This document shows positions 8,181 to 17,265 of a DNA stretch of 32,000 nucleotides, one piece after another. This DNA is from an uncultured Nitrososphaerota archaeon (GTDB lineage Archaea > Korarchaeota > Korarchaeia > Korarchaeales > Korarchaeaceae), in contig CAYZRF010000018.1 in assembly GCA_964480775.1 (NCBI GenBank), forward strand, positions 5,835 to 37,834. The letters are read 5' to 3'. Under the pieces are notes generated by a model that saw nothing but the letters and a program-made list of their open reading frames with translations, was not told the origin of the DNA and made no database searches. The number at the start of each line of letters is the position of its first letter. The stretch's first letter is position 1. Made by a program: the position numbers and the translations under genes.

Positions 8181-9170
8181 ATGGTCGAGGTTAGGTTAAT
8201 TGGTGTGACGAAGAGATTTGGATCTACACTTGCACTTGAAGAGGTTAACCTTACAGTTCCAGATGGAAGCATTACAGCTGTTGTTGGGCCCAGTGGTTGT
8301 GGAAAGACAACTATGCTTAGGATAATAGCGGGTCTAGAAATTCCCGATTCTGGAAGGGTTTTGTTCGATGGTAAAGATGTAACTGAGATCCTGCCAAAGG
8401 ACAGGAATGTCGGGATGGTTTTCCAAGAACTAGCCCTCTTTCCTCACCTTACGGTTTTGGATAACGTTGCTTTTGGGCTTATTGCAAGAGGATATGGACA
8501 TGATGAAGCAAAGAAGCGGGCAATGGATTTGATAAGACTTCTTAGATTAGAGGGTCTTGAAAAGAGATATCCTCATCAGCTTTCAGGAGGTCAGCAGCAA
8601 AGAGTAGCTCTAGCGAGAGCGTTAGCTCCAAATCCTTTAGTATTGCTTTTGGATGAACCCTTCGGAGCTCTCGATGCAAGACTGAGGGAACAGCTACTCT
8701 GGGAAATCAGAAGACTTCACAATGAACAGGAATTTACAGCTATACACGTCACTCATGACCAGGCGGAAGCCCTAGCCATAGCAGATAGGCTTGCAATAAT
8801 GAGGGATGGGAAAATTGTTAGAGAGGGTCCATCTGAGGATGTGGTTAGAGATCCTAGAAGCGAGTTTGCAGCGAGATTTCTTGGAGCAAACGTCCTTAGG
8901 TTGAAGAAAGTTGGTCCATTCAAGTACAAAATCGGAGAGCAGATTTTGCAGTTGGAGAGGGAGGAGGACGAAATTTTGCTTGCTTTTTATCCAGAAGAGG
9001 TTGAGCCTTCCGACAAAGGATTTGAAGGTGAGGTAAAAGCCATTTCTTTCTCCAGACTCGGATACAGGCTGATAGTGGTCATAGACAGCGAGGAAGTAGA
9101 AGTTTTTTGGAGGGAAAGACCAGCCTCTAGGATAAGGTTTAGACCTACAAATCCTGTTTTCATACCTTGA
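8181..9170 (+). CDS. ABC transporter ATP-binding protein with C-terminal regulatory (TOBE-like) extension
   Basis: Walker A is GPSGCGKTT, the signature is LSGGQQQRV and Walker B is LLLDEP. The start lies 4 nt after the permease stop. At 329 aa it is longer than E. coli ThiQ. Confidence 0.9.
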   Translation: MVEVRLIGVTKRFGSTLALEEVNLTVPDGSITAVVGPSGCGKTTMLRIIAGLEIPDSGRVLFDGKDVTEILPKDRNVGMVFQELALFPHLTVLDNVAFGLIARGYGHDEAKKRAMDLIRLLRLEGLEKRYPHQLSGGQQQRVALARALAPNPLVLLLDEPFGALDARLREQLLWEIRRLHNEQEFTAIHVTHDQAEALAIADRLAIMRDGKIVREGPSEDVVRDPRSEFAARFLGANVLRLKKVGPFKYKIGEQILQLEREEDEILLAFYPEEVEPSDKGFEGEVKAISFSRLGYRLIVVIDSEEVEVFWRERPASRIRFRPTNPVFIP

Positions 9171-9205
9171 AGTGATGTATTTTAAACAACGACTTATGCA
9201 TTTCA

Positions 9206-10012
9206 ATGATGTTAACCCTAGAATCCCTTGAAATAAATTCAAAAAGGGTTGTCGCATCCATTTGTGATTATACAAAGGAGTTCATTAGAAAAGCTGGAGC
9301 TAAAGGCGTAGTTATCGGAATAAGCGGTGGAGTGGACTCTAGCACCACCGCAGCTCTCATGGTTCGAGCGCTAGGAAAAAACAGGGTTTTAGGTTTATTG
9401 TTACCAGAAGAAGGTGTTACCCCAAAGGAAGATATAGACGATGCCAGAGAACTAGTTAATCTGCTCGGCATTAGATGGGAGGAAGTTGAGATCTCTACAA
9501 TAGTTAAGAGATACTTACACATTCTTCCAAAGAGCAATGATGTGCTGGCAGAAGGTAATCTCAAGCCTAGGATAAGAATGACAATACTGTATTACTATGC
9601 TAATTCGCTAAATTACCTAGTAGCTGGCTCTGGAGATAGAAGCGAGCTTCTAATAGGTTATTTCACTAAGTATGGAGACGGAGGAGTCGACTTCTTGCCT
9701 ATTGGGAGGCTATTCAAAACACAGGTTAGACAGCTAGCTCTTTATCTCGGTATACCTGAAAGGATAGCCCAAAAACCAAGCTCTCCCAGGCTCTGGAAAG
9801 GACACCTTGCAGAAAAGGAGTTAGGTATTTCCTATGAGGAGATCGACCTTATCTTACACGCTCTTTTTGACCTCAAACTTTCCATAAAAGAGGCCTCAGA
9901 GGAGACAGGACTTAACGAAAGCAAAGTTCTTACGGTTCTAAGTATGTACGAAAAGAGCAAACATAAGAGAGAGGCACCACCTGTGGCACCCATAGGTTTA
10001 GAGCCAAGGTAG
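9206..10012 (+). CDS. nadE: NH3-dependent NAD+ synthetase
   Basis: PP-loop GISGGVDSS, then YFTKYGDGG, and overall NadE colinearity. Confidence 0.9.
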   Translation: MMLTLESLEINSKRVVASICDYTKEFIRKAGAKGVVIGISGGVDSSTTAALMVRALGKNRVLGLLLPEEGVTPKEDIDDARELVNLLGIRWEEVEISTIVKRYLHILPKSNDVLAEGNLKPRIRMTILYYYANSLNYLVAGSGDRSELLIGYFTKYGDGGVDFLPIGRLFKTQVRQLALYLGIPERIAQKPSSPRLWKGHLAEKELGISYEEIDLILHALFDLKLSIKEASEETGLNESKVLTVLSMYEKSKHKREAPPVAPIGLEPR

Positions 10013-10024
10013 GAGGGAAGCAGG

Positions 10025-10525
10025 ATGATAGGTGTTATGTCTGATACACATGATGACCTAAATTCAATTAAAGCTGCTTTAGAATTTTTTTCAAGGGAAA
10101 AAGTGGAACTTCTCTTTCATTTAGGTGATTTAGTTTCTCCATTTGCTCTTAAAGAACTTGCAAAATGGGAAGGTAGAGTTGATCTCCTTTGGGGAAACAA
10201 CGAAGGAGAAGCTCTCGTGGCAAAATTAGGGGTTGAACTTGGAATAAGGGTTCACACAGCTCCCGTAGAACTAACTCTTTCTGGTAGAAAACTCATTGCA
10301 TTTCATGGATTTGGAAGCTTACATCTTACAGAAAAGATTGCAAGAATTTTGGCAGATAGCGGAGAATACGATGTTGTTCTATTTGGGCACACTCATTCGC
10401 CTGTCGTAGAGAGAAGAAAAGCACTGCTGGTTAACCCAGGAGAGGCCTGTGGGAAGCTTACAAGAAGAAAAACTATTGCGTTAGTTGATTTAGATAGGTT
10501 AGAAGCGAAAATCGTAGAAATTTAA
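10025..10525 (+). CDS. MJ0936/YfcE-family metallophosphoesterase
   Basis: SDTHD, GDLVS, GNNEG and GHTH motifs appear in the canonical order. 166 aa. Confidence 0.85.
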   Translation: MIGVMSDTHDDLNSIKAALEFFSREKVELLFHLGDLVSPFALKELAKWEGRVDLLWGNNEGEALVAKLGVELGIRVHTAPVELTLSGRKLIAFHGFGSLHLTEKIARILADSGEYDVVLFGHTHSPVVERRKALLVNPGEACGKLTRRKTIALVDLDRLEAKIVEI

Positions 10526-11511
10526 GTTTTTTCGATTAAACCGAGAAGTTTAAGCGCCTTAACTATCTTTATCGTAGTTTCTACCTCCATTCCTTTACTT
10601 TCAGGCCCAAATGAACCGTCTTCCCATTGTTTTCTATCTAAAATTGAAAGAAAGTAATTTATGTCTGGATCCTTTAAGTCGAAACCAGCGCTTGTAAGGC
10701 TCCAAAGCAACCACCCAAGCTGAGACGGAGCCCAAGAATCTGATGGCACGTCTTTCAAATAGGATAGTGCTCCTTTCACGGCCCAGTGATCTTTTCCTAA
10801 CATCATAGCGAAGAAGGAAGCTCCTATCCAGTTTGTGTGAAGAAACCCATAGAAGTGACCATCTGGATGTATGAACCTCATTAGGAAGTCCATTGCATCA
10901 TGCAGTTCATCTCTATCTATGTAGTTTAACTTTGCAAGCCAGAAGGAGGCATATGCCGTAGTTAAAACTCTAGCTTTCAAATCTCCTGGCTTCATCCAAG
11001 AAGGAGGGTTAAACTGCTCGATAGCGGCTGGTTCTTCCCAACTACCGTCGCTATTCTGTATTGAAAAAAGAAAGTGAGTTATCCTACTAACACTATTATG
11101 ATCGAGAGAATTGTAGTCTTCCAATCTTACCAATGCTAGCAAAGTATCCATTACACTGCTTGGTCTTCCTTTTTCAAAGCCGTATGGAAAGCCACCGTCA
11201 GAATTCTGGATCTCCAAAAAGGAAACCAATCTCTCTTGATTAACTCTTCTTCCAGTTAAGATGCAGTCAAGTCTCTCCTTTTGCTCTTGATTGCCGTTCT
11301 TTTTGACGAATTCTATCGCCAGGTTCGGATCAAGGGATGGCCTTAACTTCTTGGTCACCACCTCTTCTTCCTTCTCTTCTTTCTTTCCGAAAACTTTGAA
11401 AAAGCTCATTGCTATTCCCAAAAAAGTAATCTTAGTTAACCAATAAATGGTTGGCTGAGACATCCAAAAAAACAAGGGCTCAAAGCGCCATCCCATCATT
11501 AACACCTTCAA
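10522..11511 (-). CDS. Prenyltransferase / squalene-cyclase-type alpha/alpha-barrel repeat protein
   Basis: Repeated motifs are QNSDGGFPYG, QNSDGSWEE, IHPDGHFYG and QWEDGSFGP. The first 34 codons are hydrophobic and may be an anchor or an ORF over-extension; the alternative ATG is at 11409. Its stop overlaps the convergent gene's stop within TTAA at 10522..10525. Confidence 0.7.
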   Translation of the reverse strand: MKVLMMGWRFEPLFFWMSQPTIYWLTKITFLGIAMSFFKVFGKKEEKEEEVVTKKLRPSLDPNLAIEFVKKNGNQEQKERLDCILTGRRVNQERLVSFLEIQNSDGGFPYGFEKGRPSSVMDTLLALVRLEDYNSLDHNSVSRITHFLFSIQNSDGSWEEPAAIEQFNPPSWMKPGDLKARVLTTAYASFWLAKLNYIDRDELHDAMDFLMRFIHPDGHFYGFLHTNWIGASFFAMMLGKDHWAVKGALSYLKDVPSDSWAPSQLGWLLWSLTSAGFDLKDPDINYFLSILDRKQWEDGSFGPESKGMEVETTIKIVKALKLLGLIEKT

Positions 11512-11558
11512 TCAACATGTTCAGTTAAGATCTAAAATATTGTATTACATGACCGCCG

Positions 11559-12032
11559 ATGATACTGCAGGCATGTCTTAGTCGTCAAGCTTTTAACCAC
11601 CGCGTGTTACTTAACCAGGAGAGAAGATTGGGTGAACTCGTAGAGAAGGTTAAGCAAGCCTTAGAAGAAGCTGGCATAAGATATGCCATGTTAGGAGAGC
11701 AGCCAGTTATACTTACGCGCTGGAAAACTCAGGGGTTTGATCCTCTCGACATATTCCTCCTTATTAGTGAGGACAGGGGCGTGGTCTCTCTGACTGCGTC
11801 TCTAGGAGAGGGATTTGGTGAAATGGAAAAGTGGATGCTTAGCCACAACCACAACTTCGCGTTCGCTTTTTATTCACTTGATGAGGAAGGCGTTCCCTAC
11901 ATAAATTCCCAACTTGATGCTGGATGGATCACAAGCGAAGCGGTCGTGATTGCACTACAAGCCATGATAATAGCAGCAGATCATTTTGCTTCAGAAAGAA
12001 GCAAAGGGTCCTCGGAGGAAGAACCAAGCTAA
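11559..12032 (+). CDS. Hypothetical protein, possibly YbjN-like; start uncertain
   Basis: 157 aa. The pattern LEEAGIRYAMLGEQPVILTRWKTQGFDPLDIFLLISEDRGVVSLTASLGE is reminiscent of the YbjN/DUF1821 fold. This is a weak call made from memory only. Confidence 0.3.
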   Translation: MILQACLSRQAFNHRVLLNQERRLGELVEKVKQALEEAGIRYAMLGEQPVILTRWKTQGFDPLDIFLLISEDRGVVSLTASLGEGFGEMEKWMLSHNHNFAFAFYSLDEEGVPYINSQLDAGWITSEAVVIALQAMIIAADHFASERSKGSSEEEPS

Positions 12033-12130
12033 AATTTCGTTGGTCTATGAAAGTTCTAGGACCTTTTAACTAGCAGTTAAAGGATTTTCTAGCGTGAACA
12101 AGGCTTTTGTTTTTGAATAGGTAGGTTAGA

Positions 12131-12901
12131 ATGGGTGGATTAATAGCTTTACTTCTCGGAGCCTTTCAAGGAGTTGCCGAGTGGTTACCCATTAGCAGCG
12201 AAGGATGGCTTTACATCATTTCGGTTTTTCTACTTGGGATAGATCCTCAGGAATCCTTGACATCTGCTTTGTTTCTTCATCTCGGCACGTCGATAGCTGC
12301 TATTTTGGTCCTAAGAAGGGAATTGAGAAATGTTCTGCTGAAATCGAGACATGAAAAGGGGGAAGAGTTAAGGCCTTTCCTGTTTTCAGCTACAGTTGCT
12401 ACCTGTATTATTGGAATTCCCACATATCTCTATCTAAAGAAATCTCTCCTTCCTTCATTTGGAAAGATTTTAGCTCTAATGACGGGTTTCCTGTTACTTG
12501 CGGTTGGCTTCATTCTAAGATTAGTCAGCTCACGTCAGACGCGTAAAAATCCTTTCTCGATTAGATCTGGAATTTTTGTCGGTTTGCTTCAAGGACTATC
12601 CGTTCTACCTGGCGTCAGCAGGTCTGGAATCACTTTGGCTGCTTTGATTTTGCTAGGATACGGGAAACAATCGATGAAACTATCTTTTTTGTTGGGAATA
12701 CCAGTTACCTTGGGAGCATCTTTGCTACAAATAGCTTCAACAGATATTAGTATGTTCCCATCACTTCTCTCATCCTTTTTTATCAGTCTTCTTTTCCTTA
12801 GAGCGCTTATATCATTTTCACTTCGAATAGAACCATGGAAATTGTCAATTCTTTTCGGATTGATTGCTATAGTGTTCAGCCTTGTTCTTTTCATATCATA
12901 G
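12131..12901 (+). CDS. uppP: Undecaprenyl/polyprenyl-diphosphate phosphatase (BacA/UppP family)
   Basis: Motif 1 is QGVAEWLPISSEGW, of the (E/Q)xxxE...PxSS type. Motif 2 is PGVSRSGITL. About 8 TM segments. Confidence 0.85.
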   Translation: MGGLIALLLGAFQGVAEWLPISSEGWLYIISVFLLGIDPQESLTSALFLHLGTSIAAILVLRRELRNVLLKSRHEKGEELRPFLFSATVATCIIGIPTYLYLKKSLLPSFGKILALMTGFLLLAVGFILRLVSSRQTRKNPFSIRSGIFVGLLQGLSVLPGVSRSGITLAALILLGYGKQSMKLSFLLGIPVTLGASLLQIASTDISMFPSLLSSFFISLLFLRALISFSLRIEPWKLSILFGLIAIVFSLVLFIS

Positions 12902-12958
12902 TTTTCGGCTGCGTTGCAGAATTATATTCAACTAACCCGTAGATGAATTGAATAGGGC

Positions 12959-15900
12959 ATGCCAATAGACTCATCATCACTTCTTAAAGAGCTTCATTAT
13001 GATTTTTACAGCTTTAAAGAACCTGAAATTGAGCCAGAAACAGTTGATATGGCGTTTAAGGACTTATTACCTGATCTAGAGAAAGGAGGGTCTCACACTA
13101 GGAGGATAGCGGGATCAAAGCTCTACAAGCACCAATTAGATGCTTATGAGGCCCTTAAAGATGGGAAAAACCTTGTCCTCATATCTGGGGCAGGGAGTGG
13201 TAAGACCGAGGCTTGGTTCCTGCACTCTGCTCTAGGGAAAAGAAGAACCTTGGTTATATACCCAACGCTAGCCCTGTCCAACGACCAAATAAGACGCATT
13301 CAGGAGTACTCTAGGGCTTTGGGGCTAAGAGCTGATTCCATAGATTCGCTTAGAGCTAAAGAACTCAGGTCACGGATAGGAACGCGGGGAATGAAGCAAT
13401 ACTTAGCCTCGCTTGACATCCTAATCACGAACCCTGCCTTCTTGCTTAATGACCTAAAGAAGTGGCCAGGAGGAAAATCCCTCCTCTACCCTTTCGCCCT
13501 TGAGATGGATCTTTTCGTTATTGATGAGTTTGATTTCTACGGGCCTAGGGAAATAGCGCTTCTTACATCGATGATTCGTGTAATGAAGTTGGTCCTGCCC
13601 AAGGACTTTCAGGTCTCGGTTCTTACCGCAACCTTGGGCAACCCTGAAGAGATGGCATCTATCCTCTCTTCGATAAACGGAAGAGAAACCAGTATAATAT
13701 CTGGAAAGCCTTTCAGGGTTGAGAACAGAGTCTATATAGTCTTGGGAAAGGATTTGAAAGAGCTTTGGTTGTCTCTTAGGGAGAGAAGAGATGAAATAAT
13801 AACAGAAGAGGTTGGAGAGGACATAAAAAAAGCATTAGAAGATTTTGAAAGGTTCAAGCTTGATTTCTACAAGGTAATTGAGGTTGCTCGTTATGCTGGC
13901 TTGGAGCCTCCCAGCGCAGAAGTAGACGTTTCCGAGATAATTGCTAGTTATACTAGAGATGAAGGGGTTACAATCGTCTTTACAAGGAGCATAAGGGGTG
14001 CTGAGGAATTATACAGAAGGACGCTTCTTAGGCTTAAGGAAGAGGATGATAGGATAGCAACTCACCACCATCTAGTCTCAAAAGTCACAAGAGCGAGTAT
14101 AGAAGCTGGTGCAAGGGAAGGGAGGGTGAGGGTCATCGTCTCTCCCAGGACTTTGGCTCAGGGAATAGACATAGGAAACGTGATTAGGATAGTCCACGTG
14201 GGGCTTCCTGAAGATGTTAGGGAGTTTAGGCAGAAGGAGGGAAGGAAGGGCAGGAGGAAGGAACTCCCGTTTACTGAAACTATAATCCTTCCGGTTAGGA
14301 GGTGGGATAGAGAACTCCTGCTTAGGGGATTAAGTGCGCTTAGAAAATGGATAGAACTCCCATTAGAAAAAGCTCTGGTGAATCCAAACAACAAGTACTG
14401 CTTGCTATTTGAGGGCTTGTTCAAGTTCGTCGATCCTAAGCTAAGGGAGAAGTTGACTGAGGACGAACTTTCCCTCCTCTCCTATCTTGGGCTCATCTCC
14501 AAAGAAGGGCTAACCGATAGAGGGAAAAGAGCTTGGAGAAACATGAACTTCTACGAATTCGGGCCACCCTACGGGATGAAAAGGATGAAGAGAGAGGACG
14601 ACAGGGCTGTTTACCTTGAGGACATAGGACATTGTGATCTCGTAGAGAGGTTTCAACCTGGTTGCATAGATTACTCTGCTGACGCCGTAGTTGTTGACTT
14701 GCTTAGAAAAGGGAGGTTCGTTACTGGAGTTGTTGAAGAGCAGCTATCCATGAGGACTGTGTTCAGTTACGATCCCCTTGCCTTTGCATATGAGGAGTAT
14801 GAGAAGACAAAGCACTCTTGGGGCGAGGAGCCAAATGTGATCAGGGACTACTACACTGGAAGGCTGCACTCTGAAGTGATTTGTGTGGTTGATCCTCCAA
14901 GGGATGGATTCGGAATAAGGACGAAGATTCCGAGCAGGGTTTATTGGACAATTTCTGCCAGAAGATCCAGACCTGTCAGCGTAGGCGACAGGACTTACTT
15001 CATTAGGGATAGGAAGTCCCTTCCGGTTTTGGGACCTACAGGAGGCGTTTACAGAGACTACACTTATGGAATTGCAATAGAGTTGGATCCTGCCGAGGAC
15101 ATCATCTGGGGCAGAGTTGGAATGGCTCTCGTTACCCTAGTTCTCAGGCTTGCCTACGGAATACCATTTGACACGATTTACTATGAAGTTGTTAATGTAG
15201 GAGACAGGAAGCTCCTATTACTTCATGAGCCAGATAGTGCCGGGCTCTTAGAGAAGCTTGACTGGATGGAGGTCTCAAAGAAGGTTGAAGAGTTTGAGCC
15301 AGACGAACTTTCAGAAATACTGATCCAAGTAGTTGATGATCAAGCCCACTTTGAACTACTTAGCTCTGGAATGAGGTGGGATTTAGCAAAGAGATATGCA
15401 AAGAGAATGCTCGAATATCTAATGTTAAGGGAGAAAATAAGAGTAAAGTTAGGAAGCAAAGAGATCTTGGTTCCGAAGCCGTCCAGAGCCTTGAAGACAG
15501 CTGCTTTCGATTTCATCACTCTTCCACTATCTGAGAACGTACTCTTGGGTTGTTCTGCCATCTTCGACGGTGAAGAGAGCTTTTACGTTCTTCTCTCTAA
15601 GGAGTTCTTCGAGACCAGCGGCTGGGAAGAGATGGGAAAAGTGTTAAACTCTCTTATAGATAATGGATTCTCCCTTTTGGTTTATAATGTCCCCCTGATT
15701 ATGAAAGCTCTAACCCAGTTCGGGCTTACCTCAGCTTCGATACTAATTGAAGGTCTGAAGAGAGAAAGAAGACTCATTGAAATTAATGAGCTTGCAAGGA
15801 AGGTTCTCGGTGTTGAAGTAGTTCCCTTTGAGGAACTTGTGAGGACATTGGGTTGGGAAGCAGGTACTGATCTGGTCTCTCTAAGGAAAGAGTTAGAAAG

Positions 15901-16066
15901 ATCTTCAAGCCTGCTTAAGGAGAGAGGAGAGTTCAAATGGCCTTACTTCACAAAATATCTTAGGAGAACAGCAGAAGAATACATGAAGGCAAGCATAATC
16001 AACCTCTATAAGATTTACTATGCCTTAAAGGGCCTTGAGAAACAAACTGAGCTTGCAGAAAGTTAG
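12959..16066 (+). CDS. Large SF2 (DEAD/DEAH-type, MrfA/YprA-like) helicase with an uncharacterised C-terminal region of about 560 aa
   Basis: Motifs: LYKHQ; I GAGSGKTEA (about nt 13186); Ia YPTLALSNDQ; Ib TNPAFL; II VIDEFDF (about nt 13520); III LTATLGNP; VI FRQKEGRKGRR. See the finding for the C-terminal modules. Confidence 0.85.
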   Translation: MPIDSSSLLKELHYDFYSFKEPEIEPETVDMAFKDLLPDLEKGGSHTRRIAGSKLYKHQLDAYEALKDGKNLVLISGAGSGKTEAWFLHSALGKRRTLVIYPTLALSNDQIRRIQEYSRALGLRADSIDSLRAKELRSRIGTRGMKQYLASLDILITNPAFLLNDLKKWPGGKSLLYPFALEMDLFVIDEFDFYGPREIALLTSMIRVMKLVLPKDFQVSVLTATLGNPEEMASILSSINGRETSIISGKPFRVENRVYIVLGKDLKELWLSLRERRDEIITEEVGEDIKKALEDFERFKLDFYKVIEVARYAGLEPPSAEVDVSEIIASYTRDEGVTIVFTRSIRGAEELYRRTLLRLKEEDDRIATHHHLVSKVTRASIEAGAREGRVRVIVSPRTLAQGIDIGNVIRIVHVGLPEDVREFRQKEGRKGRRKELPFTETIILPVRRWDRELLLRGLSALRKWIELPLEKALVNPNNKYCLLFEGLFKFVDPKLREKLTEDELSLLSYLGLISKEGLTDRGKRAWRNMNFYEFGPPYGMKRMKREDDRAVYLEDIGHCDLVERFQPGCIDYSADAVVVDLLRKGRFVTGVVEEQLSMRTVFSYDPLAFAYEEYEKTKHSWGEEPNVIRDYYTGRLHSEVICVVDPPRDGFGIRTKIPSRVYWTISARRSRPVSVGDRTYFIRDRKSLPVLGPTGGVYRDYTYGIAIELDPAEDIIWGRVGMALVTLVLRLAYGIPFDTIYYEVVNVGDRKLLLLHEPDSAGLLEKLDWMEVSKKVEEFEPDELSEILIQVVDDQAHFELLSSGMRWDLAKRYAKRMLEYLMLREKIRVKLGSKEILVPKPSRALKTAAFDFITLPLSENVLLGCSAIFDGEESFYVLLSKEFFETSGWEEMGKVLNSLIDNGFSLLVYNVPLIMKALTQFGLTSASILIEGLKRERRLIEINELARKVLGVEVVPFEELVRTLGWEAGTDLVSLRKELERSSSLLKERGEFKWPYFTKYLRRTAEEYMKASIINLYKIYYALKGLEKQTELAES

Positions 16067-16123
16067 AGAAATGAAAAATGCCTTAACTGAAGGAGATTTT
16101 GAGAAGTGTTTTTGTGAGGTTTA

Positions 16124-16630
16124 CTAGGGCAGATATCCCAACGCCGTTTCTAATAACTCAAGATGTCTTTCTTCGTCCCCTGAAATTAGCTCAAGGATCT
16201 TTTTTACTACTTTAGAGGTAGCTATCAAAGAGAGTGCCTTTGCTTGGCACATGTTAAGATATTCTTCTCCTAATTGGCCTTCCATTTTCGTTTGTTCCTC
16301 AATTAGCTTTCTTGCTTCCTCCATTGATATGGGTCCTTTAGCTAGCTCTTCAGTCTCCTCCCTTATGTGTTTAATGAGATTAACGAGCTCTGTCCCTACA
16401 AGATCCCGACAATTCTCCAAATCCACTTCAACGTCACGCAATAAGACTTTAGCGCTTTGCTCCAGAAGGTTTGCATGCTTCAAAGAATCAAGTCCTACGT
16501 AGATAAGAATGGCCTTAGCCTCATCACTTCCCTCAAAAGCTTGAGCCAGTGTTAGAAGGAGATTAGAGATCTCTTGCTCCAAGAAACCCATACATAACAG
16601 CATTCTTGAAAGTTGGGAGTTGCTAATCAT
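16124..16630 (-). CDS. Ferritin-like/rubrerythrin-superfamily four-helix-bundle protein (putative)
   Basis: 168 aa and helical. The C-terminal GDEERHLELLE is an ExxH motif. The equivalent first-half position reads DSLKH, which is not canonical. Confidence 0.4.
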   Translation of the reverse strand: MISNSQLSRMLLCMGFLEQEISNLLLTLAQAFEGSDEAKAILIYVGLDSLKHANLLEQSAKVLLRDVEVDLENCRDLVGTELVNLIKHIREETEELAKGPISMEEARKLIEEQTKMEGQLGEEYLNMCQAKALSLIATSKVVKKILELISGDEERHLELLETALGYLP

Positions 16631-16725
16631 CTTGAAGGGATTTTGTTTTTTCCTTTTATAGTTAGTTATTCATTAACGGAGCGTTCTTTTATAGAGAGAT
16701 CTCCAATACCTTAAAGGAAGATGAA

Positions 16726-17265
16726 ATGTCGAATGACGTGAGTTTGAAGATAAAGGACATAACTCCCCTGAATTTGGATGAAATACCTTCTCCTTGTATT
16801 AGTTGTCTGTACTGGAAGGACACATCGCTCATAGAGAAGGTAACAGAGGATTCTGCTAGGAAAGTTTTGAAGAAGGAGTGGTTGCAAGATCTCCTTCAAA
16901 AGTATGGATTTGTAGGAAAAATCCTTTATCTTGAGGCAAAGCCAATTGGATGTGCCTTTTATGGTCCTTTTAAGGCATTTCCCAGCATCAAGAGCTATGG
17001 TTCGATTAAAGCAAGTCCGAAAGAGGCTTTTCTGGCTTGCCTCTACATAACTTCAGAGGAGTACAGGGGTAGGGGGTTTGGAAGAGCTCTTTTGAAGTCA
17101 GTATTAGAGGATTTAAGGAAACGCGAGTTTAATGCGGTATATACATTTGCTAGAAGGAGTAGTTCCAACAATCCCTCTGGTCCCCTTTCTTTATACTTAA
17201 CTGAGGGATTCTATGTGGTAGATGAGTCCATTGAAGACTTTCCTTTGGTTAGAAAGGATCTTTAG
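16726..17265 (+). CDS. GNAT-family N-acetyltransferase
   Basis: The acetyl-CoA binding motif A is YRGRGFGRALLKSVLEDL. 179 aa. Confidence 0.7.
   Translation: MSNDVSLKIKDITPLNLDEIPSPCISCLYWKDTSLIEKVTEDSARKVLKKEWLQDLLQKYGFVGKILYLEAKPIGCAFYGPFKAFPSIKSYGSIKASPKEAFLACLYITSEEYRGRGFGRALLKSVLEDLRKREFNAVYTFARRSSSNNPSGPLSLYLTEGFYVVDESIEDFPLVRKDL

Noticed and set aside
8772-9275. 167-aa minus-strand ORF, plus other antisense track ORFs such as 297..488, 969..1322, 2148..2417, 3144..3407, 14158..14424 and 27916..28218.
   Set aside because: Each lies entirely antisense within, or straddling, well-supported genes with clear family motifs. Their sequences are low-complexity or Ser/Leu-rich, typical of shadow ORFs.
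12959-16630. The helicase as the core of a DISARM- or Druantia-like defence island.
   Set aside because: No methyltransferase, PLD or other nuclease, DUF1998-only partner, or other typical accessory gene is adjacent. The neighbours are uppP and a ferritin-like gene. The helicase remains a single-gene curiosity rather than a recognised defence locus.
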